From Octopus vulgaris (Eukaryota): a stretch of DNA of 64,000 nt. Each line of letters begins with the position of its first letter. Position 1 is the stretch's first letter. Of this stretch, positions 1-13,467 are shown one piece after another. Under the pieces are notes generated by a model, which searched no databases, was not told the DNA's origin, and worked only from the letters and a program-made list of their open reading frames with translations. The position numbers and the translations under genes were made by a program. Location of the stretch: the NCBI GenBank assembly GCA_951406725.2, contig OX597832.1:7254001-7318000 (forward strand), written 5' to 3'.

Positions 1-513
1 GGGCTTTTTTTAGTTAATGGAATCAACCCCAGGAGTTATTCTCTGTAAGCCTAATACTTATTCTGTCAGTCTCCCTTGCTGAACCGCTAAGCTACGGGGG
101 ACATAAACGCACCAGTGTTGGTTGTCAAGTGATGGTGGGGGTACAAACAAAGACATATACACATAAACACATAAATATAATCCATGTATATATATATATA
201 TATATATATATACAAAATATTAGAAAAAACCCACCTTTTATCAATTCAAAATGAATAATTAAATTAAATTAAATTTCCTTGTAAGTTTGGATTTTATTCC
301 CTCAAATAATAATTTATATATATATATATATATATACACACACATATATATATAGTGAAGGGGTTCTTTCAGTTTCCGTCTACCAAATCCACTCACAAGT
401 CTTTGGTCAGCCTGAGGCTATAGTAGAAGACACTTGCCCAAGGCGCCATGCAGTAGGACTGAACCCAGAACCATGTGGTTGGGAAGCAAGCTTCTTACTA
501 TACAGCCACGCCT
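1..513 (-). mobile_element. tRNA-derived SINE family B (internal (CA/TA)n, AAAAGAGT-type tail), 3' end outside window
   Basis: Same body as 41296-41709; A box TGGCTGTATAGT and B box GGTTCAGTCC on the minus strand. Confidence 0.8.
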
Positions 514-715
514 GATCAAATCTTTGTTGTGGGACCAGGCGAGGTTGTATGTCTGAGAAGTTTCCTTGATAACCCTATTGTTGTCAGTTCTGTTTCACTG
601 AATGGGACTTTGGGCAAATACCTTCTGCTGTAGCTTTGGGTTGACCAGTATTTTATGAGTTAAAATTTGGTAGATTGTAACTTATGGCTTCCATCTATCA
701 TTAACGACCATGATG

Positions 716-985
716 ATTGCATGTGGCTTAGTGGTTAGGGTCATGGTTTCAATTCTCAGCGGTGCATTGTGTGCTTGAGCAAGACACTTTATTTCTTATT
801 CCTCCAATCCACTAAGCTGGCAAAAGTGACTTGCATCTGTGATTCAAAGGGCCATCAGTATCACATTGTGTCATACTGAATCTCTCAGAACTATATTAAG
901 GGTGTGTGTGTTTGTGGAGCACTCAGCCACTTGCATGTTAATTTCAAATCAACTGGAACACTTGTAACCAATGGAGAGCCAGGCA
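716..985 (+). mobile_element. tRNA-derived V-SINE-like element (family C)
   Basis: TGGCTTAGTGG A box, CTTGAGCAAGACACTT and CCACT.AGCTG blocks shared with 2305, 49318, 50620. Confidence 0.7.
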
Positions 986-2304
986 ATGACCATGGATGAA
1001 TGTCCTGCTCCACTGGAACTGCTTTGTCCATGACTAGACAGTCTGATGCGTGAATGGCATATGTCACACGGGTCACACTTGTGGGCTGTCCCAGTGCTGT
1101 TTGAATTGTAGGGTTCTTGTCTGTGGATCCACCTTTCTTCTATAACATTCATCAGTCGTTTAATGTAGGGTGTGCGATAGGACCCAAGCCTAAGCAGCAT
1201 TGTATAGATGCGAGAGTGTTGTTCATGTAGTGTGTCCTGCCTTTCAAAGGATTCAAAGGAATGGCATGGCTGTTACAATTTGGCATCAATATCATATAGA
1301 ACGAAGTTGTAGACAATGTCAAACTATCTAAGGAACTCTGACTTCTGATTTTTTTTGTAGGGTTTACTCCTGAAGCCTTTTCCATGGCTGGGTTTGGTCA
1401 CAAGGTAGTGGAGGTTTGGAATCAGAGTTTTCCTTCTAGATGGGTTGTCCCACCAGGCTAACAAGCTCCTTCTACCCAACTGACTTGGTTATTAATTTAT
1501 ACCTGGGAACCTGATAGGTGCTACTATTTCAGGTCAGAGTATGCCTAGGAACAATAGTACATTAATTTCTAAGGAGGCAAAATTCCTGAATGGGATGGAG
1601 CTTAATTAGATAAATGTAAAATGCCTACTGGGATAAGGATTAGTTCAATATTGTTGACTATAGTTGAAGTTGTTGTTGTTGAACTTGTTGCTGCAGCATT
1701 TCCACTATCCAATGGCTGAATCTTGTCCAGATGGTGGATGGGAGATTTGATTCAACATTTTGTGACATTTGTTCCATGACTTTGAGATCTCAGTTTTAAT
1801 TCTTGGATGTAGTCTTTGGTGCTTTTAGTGGGGTTCAGGGTTCCTGTTTGAGGATAACTTTCTCCCTTCCTCCCACCAGTCCTGAAAAAAGAAAAATAAA
1901 GATCATGGTTGCTGTCCTTCCCTTCGCCAACTAAATGGTAAAAGAAATAAAATGAGAATTCGTCTATAAATTTTTGTACAGTTTAATCAGTTTGAAATTT
2001 TAAAATTGATGTCCTGAGATCATCAGCAATGTCAATAAGTGTACAATGCTATTGTTGTCCCCGTCATCATCACCCTCCTCCCATTTCATCGTCTTTGTTA
2101 CTGTTATCATCATCATCATCATCATCTTTGTTCATGCTTTTTACAGTTTTTTTGAATCTTCTCCAGTATGACATCTCACTTGCTGCACCTTTTCTTCCTC
2201 TTGGCCTTGCTTGTCATTTCTTTATCCAACTGTCCTTCTCAATATTGCATCAAATGTCCATAACTTTATAGTAGCAATATTTTTATGAATTTAAAACTAA
2301 GAGA

Positions 2305-2555
2305 TGTGGAGGCACGTGACTTAGTGGTTAGGGTGTCAGCATCATGATCGTAAAATTGTGGTTTCGATTCCTGGATCGGGCGACGTGTTTTGTTCTTGAG
2401 CAAAACACTTCATTTCATGTTGCTCCAATCCACTCAGCTGGCAAAAATGAGTAACGCTGCGATGGACTGGCATCCCATCCAGCTGGGGAACACATACACC
2501 ATAGAAACCAGGAAACTGGGCCCATGAGCCTGGCTAGGCTTTAAAAGGGTGCATT
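2305..2555 (+). mobile_element. tRNA-derived V-SINE-like element (family C)
   Basis: A/B boxes (TGACTTAGTGG, GTTTCGATTCC); CTGCGATGGACTGGCATCCCATCCAG V-domain-like block; sister copy at 45950-46195. Confidence 0.8.
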
Positions 2556-2619
2556 TATTATTTTAAAGCTAAGAGATTCATGGTTACAGATGACCATTAA
2601 TTTGCAAAATAAAATAAAA

Positions 2620-2760
2620 TCATCATCGTCGTTTAGCGTCCGTTTTCCATGCTAGCATGGGTTGGACGGTTCTACTGGGGTCTGTGAAGCCAGAAGGCTT
2701 CATCAGGCCCAGTCAAATCTGGCAGTGTTTCTACGGCTGGATGCCCTTCCTAACGCCAAA
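2620..2760 (-). mobile_element. SINE family D 3' part with (GAT)n tail
   Basis: GGATGCCCTTCCTAACGCCAA and CCATGCTAGCATGGGTTGGAC blocks recur at 4700, 7162, 10690, 12745, 15465, 17680, 18610. Confidence 0.7.
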
Positions 2761-3558
2761 ATGTAGTAAATAAATAAGTAAACAAATAATTAAGAATTTC
2801 TTGTTAAATTGAAATAAAAAGAAATGATTAGAATTGGAATTTATATTGATGAAAAAACTTTTGGCAACAAATGTCCACCTGTTCCATGGATCAGACAGAA
2901 TTTGTTGAGGGAGATTTTTTACAGTTGGATGCCCTTGCTGTTGCCACCCTCAATTATTTCCAAGCTGGGTAATTTCCCAGGGCCAGATATATTTTCCATA
3001 GAAGACTGGAAATGGAACAAAATTGCTTGTTTGATGGTGATGCTCATTTACAGCCACCACGGGATGCCAAAACAAACGTACACACACACACACTCTGTCT
3101 GTCTGTCTGTGTCTCTCTTGGTTTCTGTCAACAAAATCCACCTACACGGCTTTGATTAACTTGGGACTATAGTTGAAGACACTTGTCCAAGGTGCCACAC
3201 AGTGGGACTGAACCTGAGACCACATGGATTGGAAAGCAAGGCTCTTACCCACACAGCCACCTACTCTTGTAGCCATGCCTCTAGTGAATATATATTTTCC
3301 CATTTCTCTTGCCATTAGGTTGCTTGGTTGAGGCTGTCATGAAAAAAACAACAGTTGCATGTTTTGATTTAGACAAAATACAAATACTGCTACAAATCTA
3401 AATCTTCTGAAACCTGTATTGATTTCTATCTTTGGCTTAAGGCCACCGACTTTCATAGAGGGGTTGTGTGGAGTTGATTAAGTCAACCACTCCACTGTAC
3501 TTGATTTGTATTTATTTTATTGATCTTAGAGAGTTGAAAAGCAGAGACACCAATAGCT

Positions 3559-3763
3559 TTAAACCCTTTAGCATTTAAACTGGCCATATCCAGCCCAAGT
3601 ATTCTGCCCCATCTTATGTTCAAACTGGCTCAGTCTGACCTCTTACACCTACCCTACAATTACTTTGTAATCTTAGAACTAGTAGATAGTGCATGACCAA
3701 TTCAAAACAAATATAAATGGATAAGCATTACTTTTGACAGTTGTCTGAAAGCTAAAGGGTTAA
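3559..3763. mobile_element. piggyBac-type MITE
   Basis: TTAA..CCCTTTAGC ... GCTAAAGGG-TTAA termini; no coding capacity. Confidence 0.8.
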
Positions 3764-6391
3764 ACATAGGAACTTCTTTGTGGTCACTCAACCTGCTAGA
3801 CATGGCAGTCAAATCTCCTAGCTGATATTGTACTATAGGGTATATAGGAAGATATAGTTAATGACCTAGATACACTAGTCTTGAAAATAAGATGGGATGG
3901 TCGTGGTTGAATGCCTTTGATTGCAAGGTCTGCTCAGTTAGAAGTGTCTTGAAGCTAAACAGCTACTAAATAAAAGTTTGTAAGAAAAAATATAAAGCCA
4001 AATATTTTGGGGGTATAATGACCATGCTGGGATTTTTGGATTTGAATTGTGAATGTTTAGGGGTGTTGCTAAGTTCTACAAAGCATTAATCTGGTACTCT
4101 ACCATTTCGAACATCCTTCTGAAACTAATATTTAAGAAATATTCTTAAAAAATTTCAGGAAAAAAAAAAAAAGGAGAAAGTTTAGAAAATCTCAACAAAA
4201 GATGAAAATAGTAACTATACTGACAAGTAATGTTAATCACCACATCAATACAGCTGTTTGATGGTACTACTGTTTTAAGCCCCGACAGATCTTCTGCCAA
4301 ACTGGTTGTAGGTGCAGCTTGCACCCTGTATATATTGCAAGCAGGAGAACGAACCCCTACCATCCTCCAGTAGAAACTTTGGAAGGATGAATAGTAAAAC
4401 CAAGAAAGGAGAAAGATAATTTGTACAAATCTACTCAAATCCTTTTATAGTAATGTTTCTCTATCATTTTTGTCTCGTGTCCCTTTTAGATTTTCCAGAA
4501 ATCTGTATACCCTCACTGTGAATGGACATAGTGTCTGTCTATCTGACTGTCAATCAATCCGTCAGTCAGAAGCCTAATTAAACCATATTGTAGGTTTAAT
4601 TCACTAATTTACTCATCTCCCTCATCCTAACGTCCCATACTCCAATAAAATATGATCATATCTTCCCAACTTACCCTAATTTTAATAATTCCTCCTCCTC
4701 ATCATCATCGTTTAGCATCCGCTTTCCATGCTGGCATGGGTTGGACGGTTCAACTGGAGTCTGGGAAGCCAGAAGGCTGCACCAGGCCCAGTCTGATCTG
4801 GCAATGTTTCTACGGCTGGATGCCCTTCCTAACACCAACCACTCCATGAGTGTAGTGGGTGCTTTTTACGTGCCACCGGCACAGGTGCCAGACGAGGCTG
4901 GCAAACGGCCTGTTTCTTTTTATGTTCTTTCAAAGGGTTCCTTACCTGAGGGTGTTCTTCTGTGATGAAACTAAACCTGATGTATTCTTGACATATAGTT
5001 ATTTTCATTTCTCTGTTGGAATTTTTTTTGTGCTTGGGTCTAGAACTAGTAATGTTTTACATGTAGCAAAAATTATTTAGAATAGGGAATGAGAGAGTTA
5101 ACTATTTTTATGAACAGCAACTCTCTCTCAACACACATGCATGCACGCACACACACACAAATACACACACACACATGGATACAAACATGCACCCAGTTAA
5201 TTGAACTATATTTGTTGTGTAACTTTAATTTCAACCACTTACTACACTCAAATCCTCTCAGAGGTCAAAAATTATCTGTTGCAGACAGGTTATCAATCCA
5301 GGGTTGGTAATACCTCTTTACTTATAACAATCTATAAAAACTGTGATAAATTTCAGTAAACTTCACTTTTTATTCAAGGGTATCTCCTGAAGAGTAAGCA
5401 ACTTAGGCTGGAATCTTTATGGTAAAAGTTCCTGTTTAAAATTAGATCCAAACACAAATCTGTGGTACCTGCCAGTACCACAGACATATTGCTATCCCAC
5501 CTTGTACTTCCCACATTTTAGTACAATGAGGATAATAATGGTTTATGATATAAGTGCAAAGTCACAGATATTTTTGAAGGGAATAATTGGTTATATTGAC
5601 GTTCACCTAGTATTTTAAGTCTTATGGCCTAGTGGTTAGAGTGCTGCACTCATGATTGTGAGGTCATGGTTTCAATTCTCACACCATCTGTGCATTGGGT
5701 TTTTGAGTAAAACGCGTCATTTCATGTTACTCCAGTCCACTCAGCTGTAAATGTGTAATCTTGCAACAGGTAGGTGTACAAAGGTGAGATAGTGATGCAG
5801 GAAAATCACCTGAAAGAAGTTCTTATGAGCCATGTTTTGTATCCAGCAATTGAAAGGATGAATAGTTCCACCCATACTGGGAATCCCGACGAGTTGGAAT
5901 TGGTTTATCTACTTTTGCTTTTTACTTGTTTCAGACTGGTCATGCTGGGGTACCGCCTTGAAGAGTTTTTAGTCAAATGAATTGACCCCAATTTTTATTT
6001 TTATGCCTTTACTTATTCTATCAGTCTCTTTTGCTGAACTGCTAAGTTACAGACACAAACAAACCGACAGTGGTTGTCAAGCAGTGGTCACACACACACA
6101 CACACATACACACACACTGTAATAGAAGATACCTAAGTATGTCTTGCAGACATCAAGTAACAGATATGAACCCATCCAAGCCCATGACTTATACTCATCT
6201 TATAGACTCCCTAGATTTTCTCATCTCATTAGAACTCAGATTCCACCAAGAATGAATTTGCATTTTTTTCTTCGCAGAATTGATTATATCCATTCTGCTC
6301 TTGTTCCTATTTAAGAAAATGCTGTTAGCTTTTGTTAGTATTTTTATATTTTCTAATCATTAAAAAAATTTTTTTTTATATCTCATTCCAG

Positions 6392-6514
6392 GTGATTTAA
6401 AACGAAACAGCATAACTTTACAAAATGAACTCTTGAAAAAGAAACACGAATTATTTGGTCCTGAAGCAAATATGTACGAAATCTTACTCAACCCTGGTTC
6501 ATCTTTAACAGAAT
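6392..6514 (+). CDS. NUS1: NUS1/NgBR internal coding exon (probably exon 2)
   Basis: ttccAG|GT..GAAT|GTAAGT; 123 nt, phase 1-1; (G)DLKRNSITLQNELLKKKHELFGPEANMYEILLNPGSSLTE resembles NgBR [23 protein letters not shown] (recalled); splices in frame to the next exon. Confidence 0.85.
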
Positions 6515-6785
6515 GTAAGTCATTATGTGTGCATGCATACATGCATGCACATGCACACTAACTCACACACACACACTTGTATATGCACACATATTTATTT
6601 ATACACATATATGTCAATATTGACCATGGCTTTGTATGTAGAGGGTTTTATATTGGTACCATGTGGTCCATAGTTCTATCTGAGAGTGCACCATCTTGGG
6701 CAAATGTCTTCTTTTGTAGTCTCAGGCTAACTGATGCTTTCTGAGCGAAATTGGTTGACTGGTAGACAGAAACTGAATGGCAGCT

Positions 6786-6840
<55 letters not shown>

Positions 6841-7161
6841 CGCGCGCGCGTGTGGATGTGTGTGTATTTCATTGATTCCTTTATTCTTTTACTTGTCACA
6901 GTCATTTGACTGTGGCCACGCTGGAGCACCACCTTTAGTCGAACAAATTGACCCAGGACTTATTCTTTGTAAGATGACTACTTATTCTGTTTGTCTCTTG
7001 TACATATAAAAATAACATGGGGAGAAAAAGCCATGAAACAAAACTCCATTGCTGGGAAGCTCAAACTTCCCTGGTCACCCAGTGGGTCATGGGTAGTCTA
7101 GTACATATATATGCACACACATAGATATATATACATAAATAGACATTCATATATATATATA

Positions 7162-7990
7162 TCATCATCATCATCATCATCATCATTTAACGTCCGCTTT
7201 CCATGCTAGCATGGGTTGGACGGTTCAACTGGGGTCTGGGGAGCCCGAAAGCTGCACCAGTCCAGTCAGATCTGGCAGTGTTTCTACAGCTGGATGCCCT
7301 TCCTAACGCCAACCACTCCGAGAATGTAGTGGGTGATTTTATGTGCCACCGACACAGGTGCCAGACGAGGCTGGCAAACGGCCACGCTCGGATGGTGTTT
7401 TTTTATGTGCCACCGACACAGGTGCCAGACGAGGCTGGCAGACGGCCACGCTCGGATGGTGTTTTTATGTGCCACCGACACAGGTGCCAGATGAGGCTGG
7501 CAAAACGGCCACGATCGGATGGTGCTTGTTACGTGCCCACAGCACGGAGGCCAGTCGATGCGGTACTGGCTACGGCCACGTTCGGATGGTTTTCTTGTGT
7601 GCCACGTGCCACCGGCACTGGTACCACAAGGATACAAATTCCATTGATGTTCATCTATTTTGATTTGTTTTGATTTGATTTTCACTTGCCTCAACAGGTC
7701 TTCACAAGTGTCACAAGAAGGAAGGTATGCACAGGTGGACTGACTACGTCCCAGGTAGGGGCCATGGGTTATGGCCTGACTAGTCTTGCCGGGTCTTCGG
7801 ATGGTGTTTTTATGTGTCACCGACACAGGTGCTAGATGAGGCTGGCGAACGGCCACGATTGGATGGTGTTTGTCATGTGCCCACCGCACTGACTACAGCA
7901 CTGATGGATTTCTTGTGTGCCACAGGCACTGGTACCACAAGATACAAATTCCATTGATGTTCATCTATTTTGTCTATTTTGATTTGATTT
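7162..7990 (-). mobile_element. SINE family D with internal ~60-bp tandem repeats
   Basis: (CAT)n end, family D body, then repeated TTTATGTGCCACCGACACAGGTGCCAGACGAGGCTGGC..CGGCCACG.TCGGATGGTG units. Confidence 0.75.
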
Positions 7991-8024
7991 GATCAGCATG
8001 GAAGATGCATGTTAATTGATGATG

Positions 8025-8078
<54 letters not shown>

Positions 8079-8567
8079 GATATATACATAAGTACACATA
8101 TATATATATATATGTAAATGTGTGTGGGTGTGCGAGTTAATGAGTTTGTATTTCCCTTGTCTGCACATTTGTTTGCTGGTTGCAAACAGTGGTTAACTAG
8201 TGGTGTGTAGGCTTGTCATCTACTGTGAAAGCATGTCATGTTGCTTGACATGTCATGACATATTGCGAAATCTTTATAAGCAAAAAAATCTTTTATGCTG
8301 TGGTCATTTGTTTCTTGTTCTCCTTGTAAACGTGGCTGGGCTGTTTGTTGTTGTGTAGGCTGGGAGATTATTACCTTGCTTGGAGACAAGTGGGAGTTGG
8401 TGACAAGAAGAGCATACAGCTGCAGAAAACACTTATGCAAGCATAGAAAAATAGATCTTAAAATAACGATGAACTCAGCCACTTGCATGTTAATTTCACA
8501 AGCCTGCTGTTCTATTGATTGGATCAACTGGGACCCTTGTTGTCATAACTGACAGAGTGTCAGTTAC

Positions 8568-8639
<72 letters not shown>

Positions 8640-8642
<3 letters not shown>

Positions 8643-8840
8643 AGCACGCTGGGCGAAATGCGTAGCCCTATTTCGTCTGCTGTTACGTTCTGAGTTCCGA
8701 GGTCGACTTTGCCTTTCATCCTTTCGGGGTCGATAAATTAAGTACCAGTTACGCACTGGGGTCGATATAATTGACTTAATCCGCCTGTCTGTCCTTGTTT
8801 TTTCCCCCTCTGTGATTAGCCCCTTGTGGGTAGTAAAAAT
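8640..8840 (+). mobile_element. Meta-domain-type tRNA SINE (family A), 5'-truncated, next to (TA)n
   Basis: GTCGACTTTGCCTTTCATCCTTTCGGGGTCGATAAATTAAGTACC core resembling the MetaSINE domain. Confidence 0.8.
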
Positions 8841-8859
8841 ATTATATATATTCAAAATG

Positions 8860-9058
8860 TGACTGCGTGTGTACCATTGGCGATTTTTTTTCCTCTGTCT
8901 TCCCTTCTCTGGATCTTTCCTTCTCCTATGTTTCCGATGAAGAGCTCCGCTTGAAACGTAAAACCCTCCTTCTTCCCTTCCTTCCTGAGCGTCCAATAAT
9001 ACTAGATTTGTTCCACGTCCTCGTGTTGTTGTGTTTTTTTGTGCTTTCATGTTTGGAT

Positions 9059-9062
<4 letters not shown>
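8860..9062 (+). mobile_element. Penelope-like terminal-repeat fragment with degenerate minimal hammerhead
   Basis: GTTT-CCGATGA-A-GAGC.TCC.GCTT-GAAA-CG-TA-AAAC at 8930-8964; flanked by (TA)n; related to 37950-38125 and 58870-59050. Confidence 0.5.
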
Positions 9063-9095
<33 letters not shown>

Positions 9096-10467
9096 TCAAT
9101 AGGTATGTATGATCCAGGGATGCAGCTGTAGGGAGTTAGTAAGCTTTAAACTATAGGCAGCTAGTATAGAGAACAAAAAGTGAACAGTATACGATAGATT
9201 ATATTTATTAACATTGTAAGTTACACACTGCTTTCCATATCAAAGTTAAAAGGAATTTTAATAAGCTGGTTGTTTCCATGCAACTCACAGTTTAGAAACT
9301 AACATTGCTAAGAATGCAAATAAATATCTCAAATATATAAAGACTGGAACAGGTTGAATATCAACTACAATTGTTTCATAACTAGCTGAAGTTTGTTACA
9401 TAAGTATTAATAAACACACTGTAGCTTAGCTAATCTTCTGGTCATAGTCACCTCAATGAAGTTTATGATTAGGTTTGCTAAGCTGTGTTGTGTTTGTTAC
9501 TGCTTATCTAATGAACTTCACCTAGTTATGAAAAAATTGTACCCTGGGTTAGTGTCTTCTGCTGTATCTCTGGGTTGATCAAAGCTTGTGAGTGTATTTG
9601 GGAGATAGAAACTCTAAGAATCCTGTGTGTGTGTGTAGGTTTGTCTGATCACTACTGCTTGACAGTGTTGATATGTTTACGTTCCTGTAGCTTAGTGGTT
9701 CAGAGACAGAATAAATACTAGGCTTTAAAAAAAAATCCTGGGGTGCTCCAGTATGACTACAGTCAAATGACTGAAACAGATAAAAGATAAAGCTATTCTA
9801 CCTGTTCCACTCCTCATATATATGTAAATATATATATATATGTGTATAAAGATATCTTCTATGTAGTTGCTTGACCTGCTAGGAATAGTTACCAGATCTC
9901 CCTCCTTTCACATTCTACCACCTTGAAAACAAAGGACACTTGGAATAGTCCTGAAAAACAAAGATAAAGAAACAAAAAAAACAAAACAAAACAAAATAAG
10001 AGGGCCATGGTTGGATTGCCTTTAGTTATGTCTTCTGTCCAACTTAAGCCAATTTAGGGCCAAACTACAATAAACATTATGTTGCTCTTATCTCCTTGTT
10101 ACTAAACCACTAACTTCATTTAATTTCAAACAACTAATAATTACTTTTGTCTTTCTTTTTACTGGTTTGGTCTGTAATAAGGGGTTGTTTCCCCATGGCC
10201 TTTGCAGACCCGCGAAGACCAGTGGGATCAATGTGGTTGATGTTCTTGCACGACTGCACAAAAAATGTGGGCAGGTAGGGAATTCCAGAGTGGGGTCACC
10301 ATTCTATGGAGAAAGGATCAGGAGAAGTAGCCAGAGTGTGATCTGTGAGTGGTTGGTCTTGGTAGACAATGTGTGTGATGGATGAAAAGAGGAGACATAA
10401 GGGAGTCAGGTGGGTATGGGTGGAAGTAGCATGGGGTCAATCAGCTCTGAGGAGAAGAGGTCACTGT

Positions 10468-10695
10468 AGTCATCATCATCATTGCCATCATCATCTTCAT
10501 CATCATCATCATCATCATCATCGTTGTCGTCGTCGTCATCGTTGTCATCATCGTCGTCATCATCATCATTGTCATCATCGTCGTCGTCATTATCATCATC
10601 GTCGTCATCAACGTCGTCATCATCATCGTCGTCATCGTCATCATTGTTGTCATCATCGTTGTCATCATCGTCGTCGTCATCATTATCGTCATCAT
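10468..10695. repeat. (CAT/CGT)n trinucleotide repeat, expanded tail of a family D SINE
   Basis: Direct reading; followed by TTTAACGTCCG family D end. Confidence 0.9.
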
Positions 10696-11142
10696 TTAAC
10701 GTCCGTTAAATGGTTTGGATGGTTTGATAGGAACTGGTCAGCTGGAGAACCACCCTGGCTCCGTTTTGTCTGTTTCGGCTTGGCTTCTATGGTTGGATGC
10801 CCTTCCTAATGCCAACCACTTTACAGAGTGTACTGAGTGCTTTTAACACACCACTAGCACACCAGTGCTTTTACAAGGCACTAGCATGGATACTCTTATG
10901 TGAAAATGTCACAGGTGCTTTTATTTGCATGTGAGGTCACCACATACATACAAGAGTATATATTCACACGCATTTGTATGTATTGTTTAAGCTCTCTATA
11001 TGTCACCATTAAGCTTCTCAATAGACACTTGTTTTTCCAGTCATTGCCTATTATTATTTTAAGATATTTTATCTCCACCAAGGTTTGTTGCAATACTTAC
11101 ACATGCACATGCATTCACTCACTGATTTTGTCTGTCTGTCTT

Positions 11143-11215
11143 ATACACACACACATAGACACACATACAAGACACAGACATACAGACACACACACACACA
11201 TGAACATGCACATGT

Positions 11216-11252
<37 letters not shown>

Positions 11253-11483
11253 AACATAGATACACACACACAGGCACACATACAAGACACAGACATAAAA
11301 ACACACACACAAAAACACACACACACACACATACACACAAATATGAACATGCACATGTGCACACACACACACAGACATAGATACACACACACAGGCGCAC
11401 ACACACAGGCGCACATACACACAGGCACACAAACACACACACACACAGGCACACACACACACACACACACAGACACACACACA
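11143..11483. repeat. Degenerate (CA)n microsatellite
   Basis: Direct reading. Confidence 0.95.
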
Positions 11484-11721
11484 CCCTTGAGAATTGAGTC
11501 TGAATTATTTATTGCATTTAATGTCAAAATCCAGATTTTTATTTTTACTATTTTACCATTCCACTTGTTTATACTTTTAAGTTGTGAGATTTGAGCTTTT
11601 ATGAATGAAATAAATCTGGTGTGTTTTGAAGAATGTTTTGACAACAAAATTAGAAAATTATACACAAATGTAATTTGTTTATTTTTGTACTTATATTTTA
11701 TTTGTTTCTCTATTATTGTAG

Positions 11722-11880
11722 TACCAAAATGTGGCAAACAAATTTTGGTGAATATTCTCTCGCTTGATGATGGTAGGCAGTCTTTGGTACATATAGCACA
11801 ACATCTCAGTGAACAGGTTTTACAAAAGCAGATGAAAATATCTGATATAAATCCTGAATTGATAGACAGATTTTATAAAA
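11722..11880 (+). CDS. NUS1: NUS1/NgBR internal coding exon (probably exon 3)
   Basis: ttgtAG|TA..AAAA|GTAAGT; 159 nt, phase 1-1; PKCGKQILVNILSLDDGRQSLVHIAQHLSEQVLQKQMKISDINPELIDRFYK matches the NgBR VKVLSPEDGKADIVRAAQ segment. Confidence 0.93.
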
Positions 11881-11889
11881 GTAAGTATA

Positions 11890-12129
11890 CTTTTTACTCT
11901 CTTTTACTCTTTTATTTGTTTCAGTCATTTGACTGCGGCCATGCTGGAGCACAACCTTTAGTCAGGCAAATCGACCCCAGGACTTATTCTTTGTAAACCT
12001 AATACTTATTCTATCGGTCTCTTTTGCCGAACCGCTAAGTAACGGGGACATAAAACACACCAGCATCGGTTGTCAGGCGATGTTGGGGAACACACAGATA
12101 CACAAACATATACACACACATACACAAAC

Positions 12130-12160
<31 letters not shown>

Positions 12161-12315
12161 CGACAGGCTTCTTTCAGTTTCTGTCTACCAAATCCACTCA
12201 CAAGGCTTTGGTCAGCCCGAGGCTATAGTAGAAGACAGTTGCCCAAGGTGCCACGCAGAGGGACTGAACCCGGAACCATGTGGTTGGTAAGCAAGCACTT
12301 ACCACACAGCCACTC
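11890..12315 (-). mobile_element. tRNA-derived SINE family B, near full length
   Basis: Tail TTTTACTC repeats start ~10 nt after the exon donor; head with GGGACTGAACCC (reverse B box). Confidence 0.9.
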
Positions 12316-12333
12316 AAGATTTTTGTTATTTCT

Positions 12334-12518
12334 TTAACCCTTTAGCATTTGAACTGGTCACATCTGGCCCTTCACACCTAACCTACAATGTCATTCTACA
12401 AAAAATACAATCACATTATTGAAATCTCCAAACTGTGAGATAATGCATTATTAATTCAAAACAAAGTGAATGAATAAGCAGCAAATTTGATTGAGTAATC
12501 TGAATACTGAAGGGTTAA
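12334..12518. mobile_element. piggyBac-type MITE
   Basis: TTAA-CCCTTTAGCATT ... AATACTGAAGGG-TTAA. Confidence 0.8.
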
Positions 12519-12598
12519 CTTTGGTTCACATTGTTTTTGGTCTTAGAAGGTTTCAGTCTTTCCTTTCAACATCAACCTACCTGAGACCAGCTAAAGGA

Positions 12599-13046
12599 TT
12601 AATCCTTTAAGCATTGGAACTGGTCATATCTGGCCCAACACATTCTATTTGTTTTATGTTCAAACCAACCAGAACTGGTTTCTTGTACCCACTTTACAAT
12701 GTCATTCTAAAAATGCTCCTGCTGATGAAGAAGATTGGCCTGCAGGTGTTCTGTGCCAGTGCCACGTAAAAAGCACTCATATCAGTGCCACATAATGGCA
12801 CTCATGCCAGTGTCACGTTAGAAGCATCAAGCACACACTGTAAAGTGGTTGGTGTTAGGAAGAGCATCTGGCTGTAAAAACCAGACCAAATCAGACTGGA
12901 ACCTGGTGCCAGCATGGAAAATGGACGTTAAATGATGATGACATCTTGGAAATCTTGAAGCTGTGATATAATGCATGATTAATTCAAAAGAATGTGAATA
13001 AATAAATGTTACATTTGACTGAGTAATCTGAATGTCCAAAGGTTAA
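12599..13046. mobile_element. piggyBac-type MITE interrupted by a family D SINE (~12720-12940)
   Basis: TTAA-TCCTTT ... AAAGG-TTAA; MITE body resumes after the (GAT)n tail. Confidence 0.7.
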
Positions 13047-13073
13047 AAGAGTTGAATGCAAGATATCACAATA

Positions 13074-13308
13074 AAGGCGGTGAGCTGGCAGAAACGTTAG
13101 CACGCTGGACGAAATGCTTATTGGTATTTCGTCTGTCATTACGTTCTGAGTTCAAATTCTGCCAAGGTCGACTTTGCCTTTCATCCTTTCGAGGTCGATA
13201 AATTAAGTACCAGCTATGCATCGGGGTTGATGTAATCAACTTAATCCGTTTGTCTGTCCTTGTTTGTACCCTCTATGTTTAGCCCCTTGTGGGCAATAAA
13301 GAAATAAG
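13074..13308 (+). mobile_element. Meta-domain-type SINE family A, full length
   Basis: AAGGCGGTGAGCTGGCAG head, GAGTTCAAATTC B box, TSD AAGATATCACA (13060-13070 / 13306-13316). Confidence 0.9.
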
Positions 13309-13467
13309 ATATCACATAATCATGCAGAATTTCACAGCTTTTTACCAATGTAATGTTTCATTTTCCTGCATAAATGTAATACAAACCCAGTTCTGTAGCT
13401 GTAGGATGTAACCAGACTAATAATAGTTGAATTTACTGTGTACAACTGCTGGTTACTAGAGAATAGC

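Noticed and set aside
4340-4376. GATGGTAGG match to the NUS1 exon on the minus strand (LEDGR)
   Set aside because: Too short to distinguish from chance; similarity does not extend
7335-7900. ~60-bp repeats superficially like a CRISPR array
   Set aside because: No unique spacers, eukaryotic context; minisatellite within a SINE
10369-10809. His/Arg-rich ORF resembling a metal-binding protein
   Set aside because: Expanded (CAT/CGT)n SINE tail
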